64,000 bases of DNA from the NCBI GenBank assembly GCA_035388585.1, contig DAOOQE010000003.1, positions 1,517 through 65,516 of the forward strand, in the 5' to 3' direction. The translations under genes were made by a program, and so were the position numbers. The notes under the pieces were generated by a model. It was not told the origin of the DNA. It worked only from the letters and a program-made list of their open reading frames with translations, and did not search any database. Shown one piece after another: positions 29,011 to 38,580 of the stretch. Source of the stretch: Clostridia bacterium (GTDB lineage Bacteria > Bacillota > Clostridia > TANB77 > CAG-508). Within the stretch, counting starts at the first letter, position 1; each line of letters begins with the position of its first letter.

Positions 29011-30642
29011 TTAAATATTAAATAATTTTTTTGCTCCGTATGTGCTTAAAACAAAGTAATTACAAATATTCAATAAAGAAAAAATCCCTATAAGTATAAA
29101 AAATATAGTATTAATACTCATATTCATTATTAGTATTAGTCCAAAACAGATACTTACAATTATTCCAAATGTTGCCATTCCCGAAAAAGTTGCAATTAAA
29201 GAACTAATACTTTGTTTAATAACTTCTGTGTCATTTTTAGCATCCATCTTTGGAAAAATCAAATTAACAATTAAACCCAATGTAGATGTAAAATTAGCTA
29301 ATAATAAAGATAGTAAAATTATTTGCACTATCATAAGAATTTCAAAGTTAAACCTTATTGAAATTATTAAAGAACATATAATAGTTGGTATCAATATAAT
29401 TATATTTGACATTAATACTTTTGATAATAATATTTTTTTTGGACTTACTGGAAGCGTCTTAAGTATTTCGAAACTTTTTCCTTCTATAGATATTGATGAT
29501 GATGTTATCATAGACATTAAAATAGTAAATAACAACATTGACAAAAATCCAATTGGCAAAAATTGTATTATATTTTGCATTTGGACTCCAGCATCATCCA
29601 TCAATACATTTTTATTTAGGAAACCTAATGTACCCTCAAAATTTACTGAAACTGCAATTGTAGCTATAACAAATATTATCAATCCAAATCCAGCATTAAC
29701 AATATATACTGGTGAAGCTAAGAATTTCTTAAAGTCTTTTTTTATTAATGCACTTAGTGGTGAGTTTTTCTTCTTTGTTAATTTATATTTTGTAGTTTTA
29801 GCATATTCAGAACTTTTTGATATTACTCTAAAATATGATATACTAAATACTTTTATAAAAATCAATGAAATAATAATATTTAATAATATTAAAATTGTAA
29901 AATTAACTATATTAAATTCATTAATTAAAGATATATAGAGTTTTATTGGGTAATACACATTTGTAATTAAATTATCAATATTTTTTGCATTATTTCCTAG
30001 ATTTGATAAAATACTTTGAAATTGAATCATAAAATATATAATTCCCAATGTTGAAATTATTGTTGTAATTGTTTGTACAGCTTTGCCTTTTTTAAATTTA
30101 TTAGAAAATATTTTTATTATATAACCAATTGCACTTCCAAATACTGTAGGTATTATAGGAAGGGTTATTACCATAACTGTAGAAACAATCCAGTAATGAA
30201 ATGGTTGGTTTTCAAGGGTTCCATAAACAATTATTGCTGGTATAAAAAATATAAAATCAAATATATATTCAAACACTAATAATTTAATAATTCTTGCAAC
30301 CATAATTGTTTTCTTTTCTATTGGCATTGATAATAATAAATCATTATCTTTAGCTTCAAATAGTATCCCCTGTGACTTATATACACATTCTAATAAAACT
30401 AATATGGAAACTGTTACAATAAATAATTCTAGCATAACATGCGTCATGTTTACTGATTTTAAAGGTTCAACAACCATATTTGCATAAAGAAATGCTACTC
30501 CTGACAAATATATTCCAAAAAACAAAAAAATTAATTTACTTGAAACATTTTTTCTACTTTTTGTTTTTCTATTCTTTTTATTGTTAAATATGTTCATATC
30601 TCCACTCATAGTGGCTTTTAATAGTAAAATTAGATTTTTCAT
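29011..30642 (-). CDS. ABC transporter permease (large multi-TM, ABC-2-like)
   Basis: 543 aa with at least 10 predicted TM segments. Starts 22 bp downstream of the ATPase gene. Confidence 0.6.
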   Translation of the reverse strand: MKNLILLLKATMSGDMNIFNNKKNRKTKSRKNVSSKLIFLFFGIYLSGVAFLYANMVVEPLKSVNMTHVMLELFIVTVSILVLLECVYKSQGILFEAKDNDLLLSMPIEKKTIMVARIIKLLVFEYIFDFIFFIPAIIVYGTLENQPFHYWIVSTVMVITLPIIPTVFGSAIGYIIKIFSNKFKKGKAVQTITTIISTLGIIYFMIQFQSILSNLGNNAKNIDNLITNVYYPIKLYISLINEFNIVNFTILILLNIIISLIFIKVFSISYFRVISKSSEYAKTTKYKLTKKKNSPLSALIKKDFKKFLASPVYIVNAGFGLIIFVIATIAVSVNFEGTLGFLNKNVLMDDAGVQMQNIIQFLPIGFLSMLLFTILMSMITSSSISIEGKSFEILKTLPVSPKKILLSKVLMSNIIILIPTIICSLIISIRFNFEILMIVQIILLSLLLANFTSTLGLIVNLIFPKMDAKNDTEVIKQSISSLIATFSGMATFGIIVSICFGLILIMNMSINTIFFILIGIFSLLNICNYFVLSTYGAKKLFNI

Positions 30643-30663
30643 CTACTCCTCCATCTTGTAAAA

Positions 30664-31368
30664 TTACATTTCTAAAAAAACATTTTCTAATGATTTATCA
30701 CCCTTGACTTCTGCCATTGTTCCTACTTTTTCTATTTTGCCATGTTTTATAATTGCAACTCTGTCACACAATTTTTCTGCAACATCTAGTATATGTGTTG
30801 AAAAGAATATAGTTGTATTATTTTCAACACACATTTCTTTCATAATTTCTTTTAAATCAAATACTGCTTTTGGATCTAAACCAACAAAAGGCTCATCCAT
30901 TATTAATATTTTTGGACTATGTACTAATGCTGCTATTATTGCTATTTTTTGTTTCATTCCATGTGAGTATGATGATATCTGATTACCAAGATTTTTTTCC
31001 ATAGAAAAGATTTTTGAAAATCTATTTATTTTTTCATTTCTTATTTCTTTTTCAATTTCATATATGTCAGCTATAAAATTAATAAATTCAATTCCTGTTA
31101 AATTATCATATAAATCTGGATTATCCTGAATATATGCCATTTCTTTTTTGCATTCTATCGGATTGTTTTTTATTGATTTTGAGTTAATTAATATTTCTCC
31201 TTGTTCAAAATCTAATATACCTACTATTGATTTAATTGTAGTGGTTTTCCCAGCGCCATTATGACCTATAAATCCAAAAATTTCTCCATCTTTTATACTT
31301 AAACTTAGATTATCTACTGCTTTTTGGTTCCCACTATATGTTTTTGTTAAATTTTTAATTTCTATCAT
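30664..31368 (-). CDS. ABC transporter ATP-binding protein
   Basis: Walker A GHNGAGKTT, signature SHGMKQK and Walker B LIMDEP. Start set to the ATG at 31368 (AGGAGG 7 nt upstream). Confidence 0.9.
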   Translation of the reverse strand: MIEIKNLTKTYSGNQKAVDNLSLSIKDGEIFGFIGHNGAGKTTTIKSIVGILDFEQGEILINSKSIKNNPIECKKEMAYIQDNPDLYDNLTGIEFINFIADIYEIEKEIRNEKINRFSKIFSMEKNLGNQISSYSHGMKQKIAIIAALVHSPKILIMDEPFVGLDPKAVFDLKEIMKEMCVENNTTIFFSTHILDVAEKLCDRVAIIKHGKIEKVGTMAEVKGDKSLENVFLEM

Positions 31369-31655
31369 ATATTTACCTCCTATTTTCAATTATTATATAA
31401 CTTTCAAAATTACATTTCAATAAAATTTATTTATTATCTTAAATTTATATTATTCCAAATCATACATCTTGCCTTTATCTTAGAAAATTATATTTAACTT
31501 TTTACTATATAAATCAATTGTTTTATCAGTACTTATATAGATTTAAATACATTTTTAGAAATTTAATTATATAATTCTCTTTTTTATATTGAAAATATAT
31601 AAAATTAAATATATAATATAGATGTCGATATTACTAAAATGAAAGGGGAATTAAT

Positions 31656-32792
31656 GTGTCAACGACTTTAGACTTTAAAGAAAATAAAAGAAAAAATAAT
31701 AACGAAAAACAAAATTTTGGTAACAAGAAAAAAATGAAAAAACTTCAAAAAATATTAGTATTACTTGGTAGAAGTATAATTACAATTTTTATTACAATTT
31801 TAATAATTTTTACTACTCTACTATTAATGTTAAACATGTTTTGCAATGGTTCTTCACAAAGAGCAAAAGAACTATTTGTAACAACTTTTTTAGAAACAGG
31901 TCAAATGAAATTTATTGTTTCTATTTTCTTATCTGAACAAGAAATAACAGAAATTGTAAATAGAAATTCTATGGGTAATCTAACAGCTGAAGTAGATACT
32001 AGCCTAATAAAAACAACAAGTGCAAATACTTCGAATTTTGATATAAACGGAGTAAAAATAGAAGAAGTATCTGGAAGTACATTTTATGCTAAAATGCTTA
32101 TAATAAATGATCCTTCAAGAGTTAGATTAGCAACAACTTATCCATGGAGCGAATTTGGTTTAGAATTAGATAAACTAGTAAATAACAATAACGCCCTAGG
32201 TGGTGTTAATGGAGGATTATACCAATCTGATAGTAATAAAGGAGGAAAACCTCTTGGTGTAGTTGTTTGTGATGGTAAGATTCAATTTAATAATCCTACT
32301 GGTTATGCTGGATTATATTTAATAGGATTTGATACTTCAAACATTTTAAGAATTATTAGTATTGAAGGAATGTCTTCTAATAAAATTGAAGAATTAATTA
32401 AAAAAGAAAAAATACGTGATGCAGTTACTTTCCAAGATGAAGCTAGTGACAAAAATAATCATTTTGTAAAATTAATTATTAATGGCCAAGCAAGAGAATT
32501 AAACGGACAAGGTAGTGGTGCTAACCCAAGAACAGCAATTGGACAAAGAGCTGACGGTTCAGTTTTATTACTAGTTACAGATGGTAGAGGAGCATCAGGA
32601 CATTTAGGGGCAACAGCATCTGATTTAATAGATGTTATGAAACAATATGGTGCAGTAAATGCTGCCAATTTAGATGGAGGAAGCTCATCTTCTATGTATT
32701 ATGATGGAAAATATGAAATGACAAGTGTAACATTATATTATTCTAATTCATCATGGAGACTACCAACTGGATTTATAGTTGATAAAAGATAA
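31656..32792 (+). CDS. phosphodiester glycosidase family protein (NAGPA/DUF2233-like), membrane anchored
   Basis: 378 aa. GTG start with AAGGGG SD. TM anchor. Motifs GGVNGGLY, PRTAIGQRADGSVLLLVTDGR and NLDGGSSSSMYY. Confidence 0.75.
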   Translation: MSTTLDFKENKRKNNNEKQNFGNKKKMKKLQKILVLLGRSIITIFITILIIFTTLLLMLNMFCNGSSQRAKELFVTTFLETGQMKFIVSIFLSEQEITEIVNRNSMGNLTAEVDTSLIKTTSANTSNFDINGVKIEEVSGSTFYAKMLIINDPSRVRLATTYPWSEFGLELDKLVNNNNALGGVNGGLYQSDSNKGGKPLGVVVCDGKIQFNNPTGYAGLYLIGFDTSNILRIISIEGMSSNKIEELIKKEKIRDAVTFQDEASDKNNHFVKLIINGQARELNGQGSGANPRTAIGQRADGSVLLLVTDGRGASGHLGATASDLIDVMKQYGAVNAANLDGGSSSSMYYDGKYEMTSVTLYYSNSSWRLPTGFIVDKR

Positions 32793-32819
32793 TACAAAAA
32801 GGAAGGAATATAAAAACAA

Positions 32820-33959
32820 ATGAATTTCAAAAAATTTTTAATAATATATATAGGTTTTCTTATTCTACTATCTGCAATATTTTTATTATATGTAAATAGC
32901 TGTTTAGTAAAATACGAAAATTCTCAAATAAATAATTATGTTGGTACAATTGAAAAGGATTTAAAATCTGCCGCCAAAAAAAATAAAATTACAAAACATA
33001 TAAATACAAAAAATTATACTGTTGGTAAATATGAGAAATCAGGTGTTAATTATGAATCAGGCTTAAATGATATAATTAAAAATTCTACACTTTCTCATAA
33101 ATTAAACTTAGAAAGTACTGATAAATCTCAACCAATATATGATATATATGCAGGAGATAAAAAAATATCTACTATACACCTTAAATTAAAAAAATACGTA
33201 ACAAAACTTGGTTTACTAACATACCCTGAATGGGAAATTTTAGAAATAAAACCAAATCTAGAAAATGGTTTATATAATTATAATATAACTGCACCTGCAA
33301 ATTATAAAGTAAAAATTAATGGTAATTCATTAACTTCTGATGATATATATAAAGAAGTAAATGGAACAGGATTAGAAGATTTTAATAAGTATTCTTCTAT
33401 CTCATCTACTGTTACTTATAAAGTAAATAAATTAGCTATGAAACCTGAAATAAAAATATATAATGATAACAATAATGAAGTTTCTTTTACTGAAAACGGT
33501 GAAAATATAATAGCGCAAGCAAATTATTACACTACAAATGATTTAAATGATGCCATGTCAAAAATAAAATCTGAATTTGATATCCTATCATTTGCAAAAA
33601 AATGGAGCTTATTTCTTACAGATGATTTAAACGGTGCAACTCATGGATTTGAAACTTTAAAACCATATTTAATAAAAGATTCTTACATGTGGAAAATGGC
33701 ATATTCATGGGCAACTAGTGTTGATATAACATTTACAAGTTCTCATACACTTAAGGATCCAGCTTTCACAAATGAAAAAATATCAAATTTTGTAATTTAT
33801 AATGATAAAGCTTTTTCATGTGATGTTTATCTAGAAAAAAACATGAATGTTGCAAGAATCGGTTCACAAACTGATAAAATGAACGAAAAAATGTATTTTG
33901 TTTATTTAAATGGTTCTTGGAGACTTGTTAATATGCAAGCAATAACTGGAAATAAATAA
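32820..33959 (+). CDS. hypothetical membrane-anchored extracytoplasmic protein
   Basis: 379 aa. N-terminal TM with no recognisable motif. Tightly packed between the glycosidase and glycosyltransferase genes. Confidence 0.4.
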   Translation: MNFKKFLIIYIGFLILLSAIFLLYVNSCLVKYENSQINNYVGTIEKDLKSAAKKNKITKHINTKNYTVGKYEKSGVNYESGLNDIIKNSTLSHKLNLESTDKSQPIYDIYAGDKKISTIHLKLKKYVTKLGLLTYPEWEILEIKPNLENGLYNYNITAPANYKVKINGNSLTSDDIYKEVNGTGLEDFNKYSSISSTVTYKVNKLAMKPEIKIYNDNNNEVSFTENGENIIAQANYYTTNDLNDAMSKIKSEFDILSFAKKWSLFLTDDLNGATHGFETLKPYLIKDSYMWKMAYSWATSVDITFTSSHTLKDPAFTNEKISNFVIYNDKAFSCDVYLEKNMNVARIGSQTDKMNEKMYFVYLNGSWRLVNMQAITGNK

Positions 33960-33983
33960 TATAATTTTACTTAGGAGGTAATA

Positions 33984-35054
33984 ATGGAAAACATTATTGT
34001 AATAATTCCAGCATTCAATCCGGATGAACCATTAATGCTAGATTTTATAAATAAACTATCAACTGAATTTACTAATATTGTTGTTATAAATGATGGAAGT
34101 GATAATTGTCACAATAATTTTTTTAATAGTTTAAAAGAAAAAAAATTCTTAACTGTATTAACTCATTGTGTCAATTTAGGAAAAGGACAAGCTTTAAAAA
34201 CAGCAATAAATTATACATTAGTTCATTTTCCTAAATGCAAAGGAATTGTTACTGCTGACTGTGATGGACAACATTCCATAAAGGACATAAAATCATGTGC
34301 TAATAAAGTATTACAAGAAAAAGATGGACTTATATTAGGAGTTAGAAATTTTAACCAAAGCGATGTACCACCAAGAAGTAGATTTGGAAATAAACTAACA
34401 AGAACTGTTTTTAAATTATTTATCGGATTATCAATTACAGATACCCAGACTGGTTTAAGAGGTATGAGTAAAAAAATTGCTTGTACCTTCTTAGAAACTA
34501 AAGGTTCTAGATATGAATATGAATCTAATATGCTTATAGACTGCAAATTAAAAGAAATACCTATTTTTGAGATACCTATAGAAACTATTTATATAAACTC
34601 TAATTCCGGATCTCATTTTAACCCATTAAAAGACTCTCTTAGTATTTATAAGGTTTTTGCAAAATATATATTAGCTTCTGTAAGTTCTTTTCTAGTTGAT
34701 ATAATATTATTTACTTTATTTTTAGCTATATTTAATGCAACTAGTTTAAATTTTAATTTTTTTACATCTACTATTATATTAGCAACTATTTGTGCAAGAT
34801 TAATATCTTCACTTTATAATTTTTTTATTAATGCTAAAATGGTTTTTAAAAAAATGAATAATAAATCATTAATAAAGTATGTTCTTTTAGTTTTAATACA
34901 GATGTTCGTATCTGGTATACTGGTATCATATTTCACTAGTTTATTATTTGGATCATCTGCTACATTAGTAAAAATAATGGTTGACTCTGTTATTTTTGTT
35001 ATTAATTTTTTTATTCAAAGAGAATGGATATTTAAACATAAAAGAAAAATATAA
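33984..35054 (+). CDS. family 2 glycosyltransferase fused to a GtrA-like membrane domain
   Basis: 356 aa. N-terminal IIPAFNPDE...VVINDGS...DCDGQH GT2 motifs. C-terminal four-TM GtrA-like region (NFFINAKMVFK...FFIQREWIFK). Confidence 0.85.
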   Translation: MENIIVIIPAFNPDEPLMLDFINKLSTEFTNIVVINDGSDNCHNNFFNSLKEKKFLTVLTHCVNLGKGQALKTAINYTLVHFPKCKGIVTADCDGQHSIKDIKSCANKVLQEKDGLILGVRNFNQSDVPPRSRFGNKLTRTVFKLFIGLSITDTQTGLRGMSKKIACTFLETKGSRYEYESNMLIDCKLKEIPIFEIPIETIYINSNSGSHFNPLKDSLSIYKVFAKYILASVSSFLVDIILFTLFLAIFNATSLNFNFFTSTIILATICARLISSLYNFFINAKMVFKKMNNKSLIKYVLLVLIQMFVSGILVSYFTSLLFGSSATLVKIMVDSVIFVINFFIQREWIFKHKRKI

Positions 35055-35080
35055 GAAGCTTCTTTAATATTAAAAAACTT

Positions 35081-35138
35081 AAAATACATCCTATTTAATT
35101 CAATATACCTTATGTATATTGTTAATAGGATGTATTTT
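35081..35138. terminator. bidirectional compound hairpin between convergent genes
   Basis: AAAATACATCCTATT ... AATAGGATGTATTTT (15-bp arms) with an inner CAATATAC/GTATATTG stem. Confidence 0.6.
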
Positions 35139-35219
35139 TAATATTACAGTTTATTTAATTATATTTTATATATTCAGACATAATTTTATTTTGTCTAGGA
35201 TATGTTTTAATCTTATATG

Positions 35220-35969
35220 TTATTTTATTGTGTTTATAGCTTCAGATGTAATTTTCTCCTTATCAAAGTGATTTACTATTAATATCATTATTCCTGTTAC
35301 AATAAATGTTATTCCATATGTTAATAAACTAATTTGCCAATTCCCATATGCAACATTAGCACCTGCTATTGTTGATGATATTACAGATGGAAATCTTGCA
35401 AATGTTGAGATTAATACAAATCTCCAATATTTAACAGGTAAAATACCTCCTAAATATACTAGTAAATCTTTAGGTGTTCCAGGTATCATAAATAAAATTA
35501 TTAAAATTATTTCAATTGCTGCTGGATTTTTATAGAATTTGCTATTCTCTATTTTATCAATCTTTTCTTTTTCAAAAAAATTATAAATATACTTTTTCCC
35601 GAATTTCTTAACTAAAATAGTTATTCCTGAAGTTATAACAAAAACAGAAGCTGTTATAAATATAGTGCCTCCAATTACACCATAACACATACCAGCAAGT
35701 ATTTCAATTGGTTCTCCTGGTAAAATTACTAATACAACCTGTGCTAGTTGTAGCCCAAATAATATTAATCCACCAAAAATTCCAAGTGAATCTATTTTTT
35801 CTTTGAAATCTTGTTGTCCTTGTGTTGTTAATATTTTACTAATAGTTGGAAACAAATAAAGTATTATAGCTATAATACTAAATATTGTTATAGTAAATAC
35901 TAATAATTTTAAAAATTTAATTCTTTTACTTTTTACATTTAATTGATGTTTTTTTAATTCATTTTTCAT
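35220..35969 (-). CDS. TVP38/TMEM64 (DedA-related) family membrane protein
   Basis: 249 aa, polytopic. Motif VLVILPGEPIEILAGMCYG. Confidence 0.8.
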   Translation of the reverse strand: MKNELKKHQLNVKSKRIKFLKLLVFTITIFSIIAIILYLFPTISKILTTQGQQDFKEKIDSLGIFGGLILFGLQLAQVVLVILPGEPIEILAGMCYGVIGGTIFITASVFVITSGITILVKKFGKKYIYNFFEKEKIDKIENSKFYKNPAAIEIILIILFMIPGTPKDLLVYLGGILPVKYWRFVLISTFARFPSVISSTIAGANVAYGNWQISLLTYGITFIVTGIMILIVNHFDKEKITSEAINTIK

Positions 35970-36067
35970 ACTATAATTCTTTCCCCTTCATTATTACAAT
36001 TAATTGATGTCATTATTCTTTTTTTATACTACAAATTTTTTTCTTCTTTGTTAGAATTCAATGTTTT

Positions 36068-36148
36068 TTATATTGTTGTTTCGTCTTCGAAATCTGGTGC
36101 AAACTGACCTATTTTAACATTTGAATTCATCATAACTTCATAATCCAT
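36068..36148 (-). pseudogene. 26-codon ORF resembling a peroxiredoxin (Bcp/AhpC-type) N-terminus; probable gene remnant
   Basis: TTGGAGG SD 5 nt before the ATG. Encodes MDYEVMMNSNVKIGQFAPDFEDETTI, which carries the (V/I)G..APDF signature that opens thiol peroxidases. An in-frame TAA is followed by only about 95 nt before the next gene. Confidence 0.3.
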
Positions 36149-36314
36149 AAATACCTCCAATATTTTTAATATATTATATTATTGATATTTTATTTAGTTA
36201 CTATTTTTTACTAATATTTTTCTTATTATTTAATCTGTAGTGCATTTTTTTTTCTTTATTTTTTTATAATCCAGTCATTTAACAGGAAATTATTTTTTAT
36301 TTCTTCAATTTTCA

Positions 36315-37256
36315 TTAATTATTTTTTCTTTTGTTTTCTAGATTCTTAAGGAAACCGCATGTTTTACATAAATCATCTACAATTACTCCATTTTCAAAAC
36401 CTTTTTTTATTTGAGTACTTTTTAAACTATTAAGTATATCTTCTAGATCCTGAGTATATATATTTCCAATAGGAATATTGCCATTATTGTCTAAACAGCA
36501 TGGAACAACTGTACCATCAACAAGTATTGCAATCTGATCTTTTAAAGCTAAACATCTTCCATTTTTTATAACAATATTTTTATTAATATCTGGCCATTCA
36601 AATTGTAAATCCTGATTAATAAATAAATTTTCCTTGATTTTTATAAATTCATTTTTTCTCAACTTGTTTTTCAAATCATCCATTTTGTAATATTCTTCTA
36701 TTTGTTGAATTACTTCATTGTTTTTATCATTTTTTGCAATATTTTTATTATTCCATAACCTATATGAAATTATTTTATCTTCTAATTTATCAACACTATT
36801 AAATATTCCTGTAAAATATGATTTTTTATCAATATAATTTAAGGTATTATTTATTTGATTTTCAGTAAAACTATGTATAGAAATATTAATCTGTCTAATC
36901 GAATTTGATTTTTTTAATATTTCTAAATTCTTTTCTAATAAAGTTCCATTCGTAGTTATATTAGTTTTTAAATTATATTTATCTATTATTGTAAGTATAT
37001 CTTCAAGTTTATCATGTAATAATGGCTCTCCTTTTACATGCAAACAAATTAAGTTAGTATAATTACAAATCTTCTTTACTATTTTTTCAAATTGTATTAT
37101 ATCCATATATTGTTTTTTTCTATTTGTATCAGGACAAAAATTGCATTTCATATTACAGATATTAGTTATTTCTATGTATATTTTTTTAAACACTATTATA
37201 ACCGTATGATAAAAATCATACTCTCCTTCCCTATTATTATAACTAATTATTTTCAT
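36315..37256 (-). CDS. radical SAM protein with C-terminal SPASM-type auxiliary cluster domain
   Basis: 313 aa. CNMKCNFC (CxxxCxxC) and GEPLL. C-terminal CLALKDQIAILVDGTVVPCCLDNNGNIPIGNI...CKTCGF. Confidence 0.85.
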   Translation of the reverse strand: MKIISYNNREGEYDFYHTVIIVFKKIYIEITNICNMKCNFCPDTNRKKQYMDIIQFEKIVKKICNYTNLICLHVKGEPLLHDKLEDILTIIDKYNLKTNITTNGTLLEKNLEILKKSNSIRQINISIHSFTENQINNTLNYIDKKSYFTGIFNSVDKLEDKIISYRLWNNKNIAKNDKNNEVIQQIEEYYKMDDLKNKLRKNEFIKIKENLFINQDLQFEWPDINKNIVIKNGRCLALKDQIAILVDGTVVPCCLDNNGNIPIGNIYTQDLEDILNSLKSTQIKKGFENGVIVDDLCKTCGFLKNLENKRKNN

Positions 37257-37257
37257 T

Positions 37258-37286
37258 AAAAGCCCCTAGATTAGGAGCTTTTTTTA
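37258..37286. terminator. hairpin between corA and the radical SAM gene
   Basis: AGCCCCT-AGATT-AGGAGCT flanked by A3 and T7. On the - strand the stem contains the AGGGG SD of the radical SAM gene. Confidence 0.4.
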
Positions 37287-37335
37287 TATAATTTAAATTA
37301 TGATATTATTATTTTGCTTGGTTAATACTTAATTT

Positions 37336-38289
37336 TTAATTCATAAATCCTTTTTTCTTAAGCCACATCATTGTTATAAGTGTTACTATTGATGAAATTA
37401 CTAATAAAATATGAAAACCATACTCTGAACCTTGTAATGGTACAGGTACATTCATTCCCCACATACTTGCTATTAATGTTGGTATTGCCAATATGATAGT
37501 AATTGAAGTCAGAAATTTCATTACACCATTTAAATTATTAGATATAATAGATGCATATGCGTCCATAGTACCATTTAAGATATCACTATATATTCTACTC
37601 ATTTCTATTGCTTGCTTATTTTCTATAATAGCATCCTCTAATAGTTCTTCATCTTCTTCATATAATTTAATAATTTTTCCTCTTAGTGTCTTCTCCATTA
37701 CTATTTCATTTGCTTTTAATGATGTAGTAAAATAAACCAAACTTTTTTCTAAACTTAATAGTTGTAGAAGTTCTTTATTTTTCATAGAATTTTTCAAAAC
37801 GCTTTCTGCAATTTCAGTTTCCTTACTTATTAGTTTTAAGTACTTTAAAAAAACAGATGCATTTGCATATAGTATTTCAAAAATAAATTTGCTTTTTTTA
37901 TAGGTTTCTAAACCTTTTTGAACTGATTTTTCCATAAATTTAATTATCTCATTTTGTTTTGAAGATATTGTTATAAAATATTTATCTTGTACAACCATCA
38001 TACCTAATGGCATTGTAGAATATACATCAGTTTCAGAGTCATTTTCTTTTTCTATAATCGGAACGTCAACTATAAATAATAAATTACCTTCATCATCAGA
38101 ATCAATTCTCGCTTTTTCCTCCAAATCTAAAGGATACTTTAAATATTCTTCTTCAATTCCAAGTTTTTCGCATATTAAACTTATTTCTTTATCAGTTGGT
38201 GAAACAATATTAATCCAACTTCCTTTTTCAAATTCATTAATTTCTTTAATCCTATTTGTTTGTAAATCTGTATTGTATATTTTATACAA
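37336..38289 (-). CDS. corA: CorA family magnesium/cobalt transporter
   Basis: 317 aa. TTG start with AAGGGGGGGA SD. Two C-terminal TM segments and the GMNV signature (MWGMNVPVP). Confidence 0.9.
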   Translation of the reverse strand: MYKIYNTDLQTNRIKEINEFEKGSWINIVSPTDKEISLICEKLGIEEEYLKYPLDLEEKARIDSDDEGNLLFIVDVPIIEKENDSETDVYSTMPLGMMVVQDKYFITISSKQNEIIKFMEKSVQKGLETYKKSKFIFEILYANASVFLKYLKLISKETEIAESVLKNSMKNKELLQLLSLEKSLVYFTTSLKANEIVMEKTLRGKIIKLYEEDEELLEDAIIENKQAIEMSRIYSDILNGTMDAYASIISNNLNGVMKFLTSITIILAIPTLIASMWGMNVPVPLQGSEYGFHILLVISSIVTLITMMWLKKKGFMN

Positions 38290-38356
38290 TTATATCCCCC
38301 CCTTCTATAATAATTTAAACAATTAAATATTTATATCATTTCTTATTATTTATTAA

Positions 38357-38580
38357 AACAAAATTGTAATTGTAATATAATAACATTGTAATTGTAATTT
38401 TTATAATTTTGTAATTATATTAACATTGCAATTGTAATTTTTATTATTTTGGAATTATATTAACATTGAAATTGTAGTTTATATTATTTTGTAATTATAG
38501 TAACATTACAATTTTAGTTTATATTATTTTGTAATTAATGCAAAATTGTAATTGTAACCTTTATATTTTGTTTTAAATTG
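38357..38580. repeat. 40-bp tandem repeat, about 5.5 copies, running into the 3-prime coding end of the next gene
   Basis: Copies start at 38381, 38421, 38461, 38501 and 38541, with a partial copy at 38357. Unit TAACATTG(T/C/A)AATTGTAATTTTTATTATTTTGTAATTATAT. The stop codon at 38524 and the last roughly 19 codons of the GT39-like gene lie inside copies 4-5. Confidence 0.9.

Noticed and set aside
29228-29938. 236-aa + strand ORF.
   Set aside because: It is entirely antisense to the ABC permease gene. Its composition (I/N/F/K-rich, no SD) is typical of shadow ORFs in AT-rich coding DNA.
36256-36315. Small ORF translationally coupled (TAATG overlap) to the radical SAM gene, as a possible precursor peptide.
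   Set aside because: On careful reading the frame stops after 19 codons (MKIEEIKNNFLLNDWIIKK). It has no SD of its own, is Lys/Ile-rich like random AT sequence, and has no Cys or other obvious modification target.
38357-38580. Possible CRISPR array, given regular 40-bp periodicity. The same question applies to 789-933 and 58970-59083.
   Set aside because: The units are contiguous tandem copies with no unique spacers between them, there is no repeat palindromicity typical of CRISPR, and there are no cas genes in the window.
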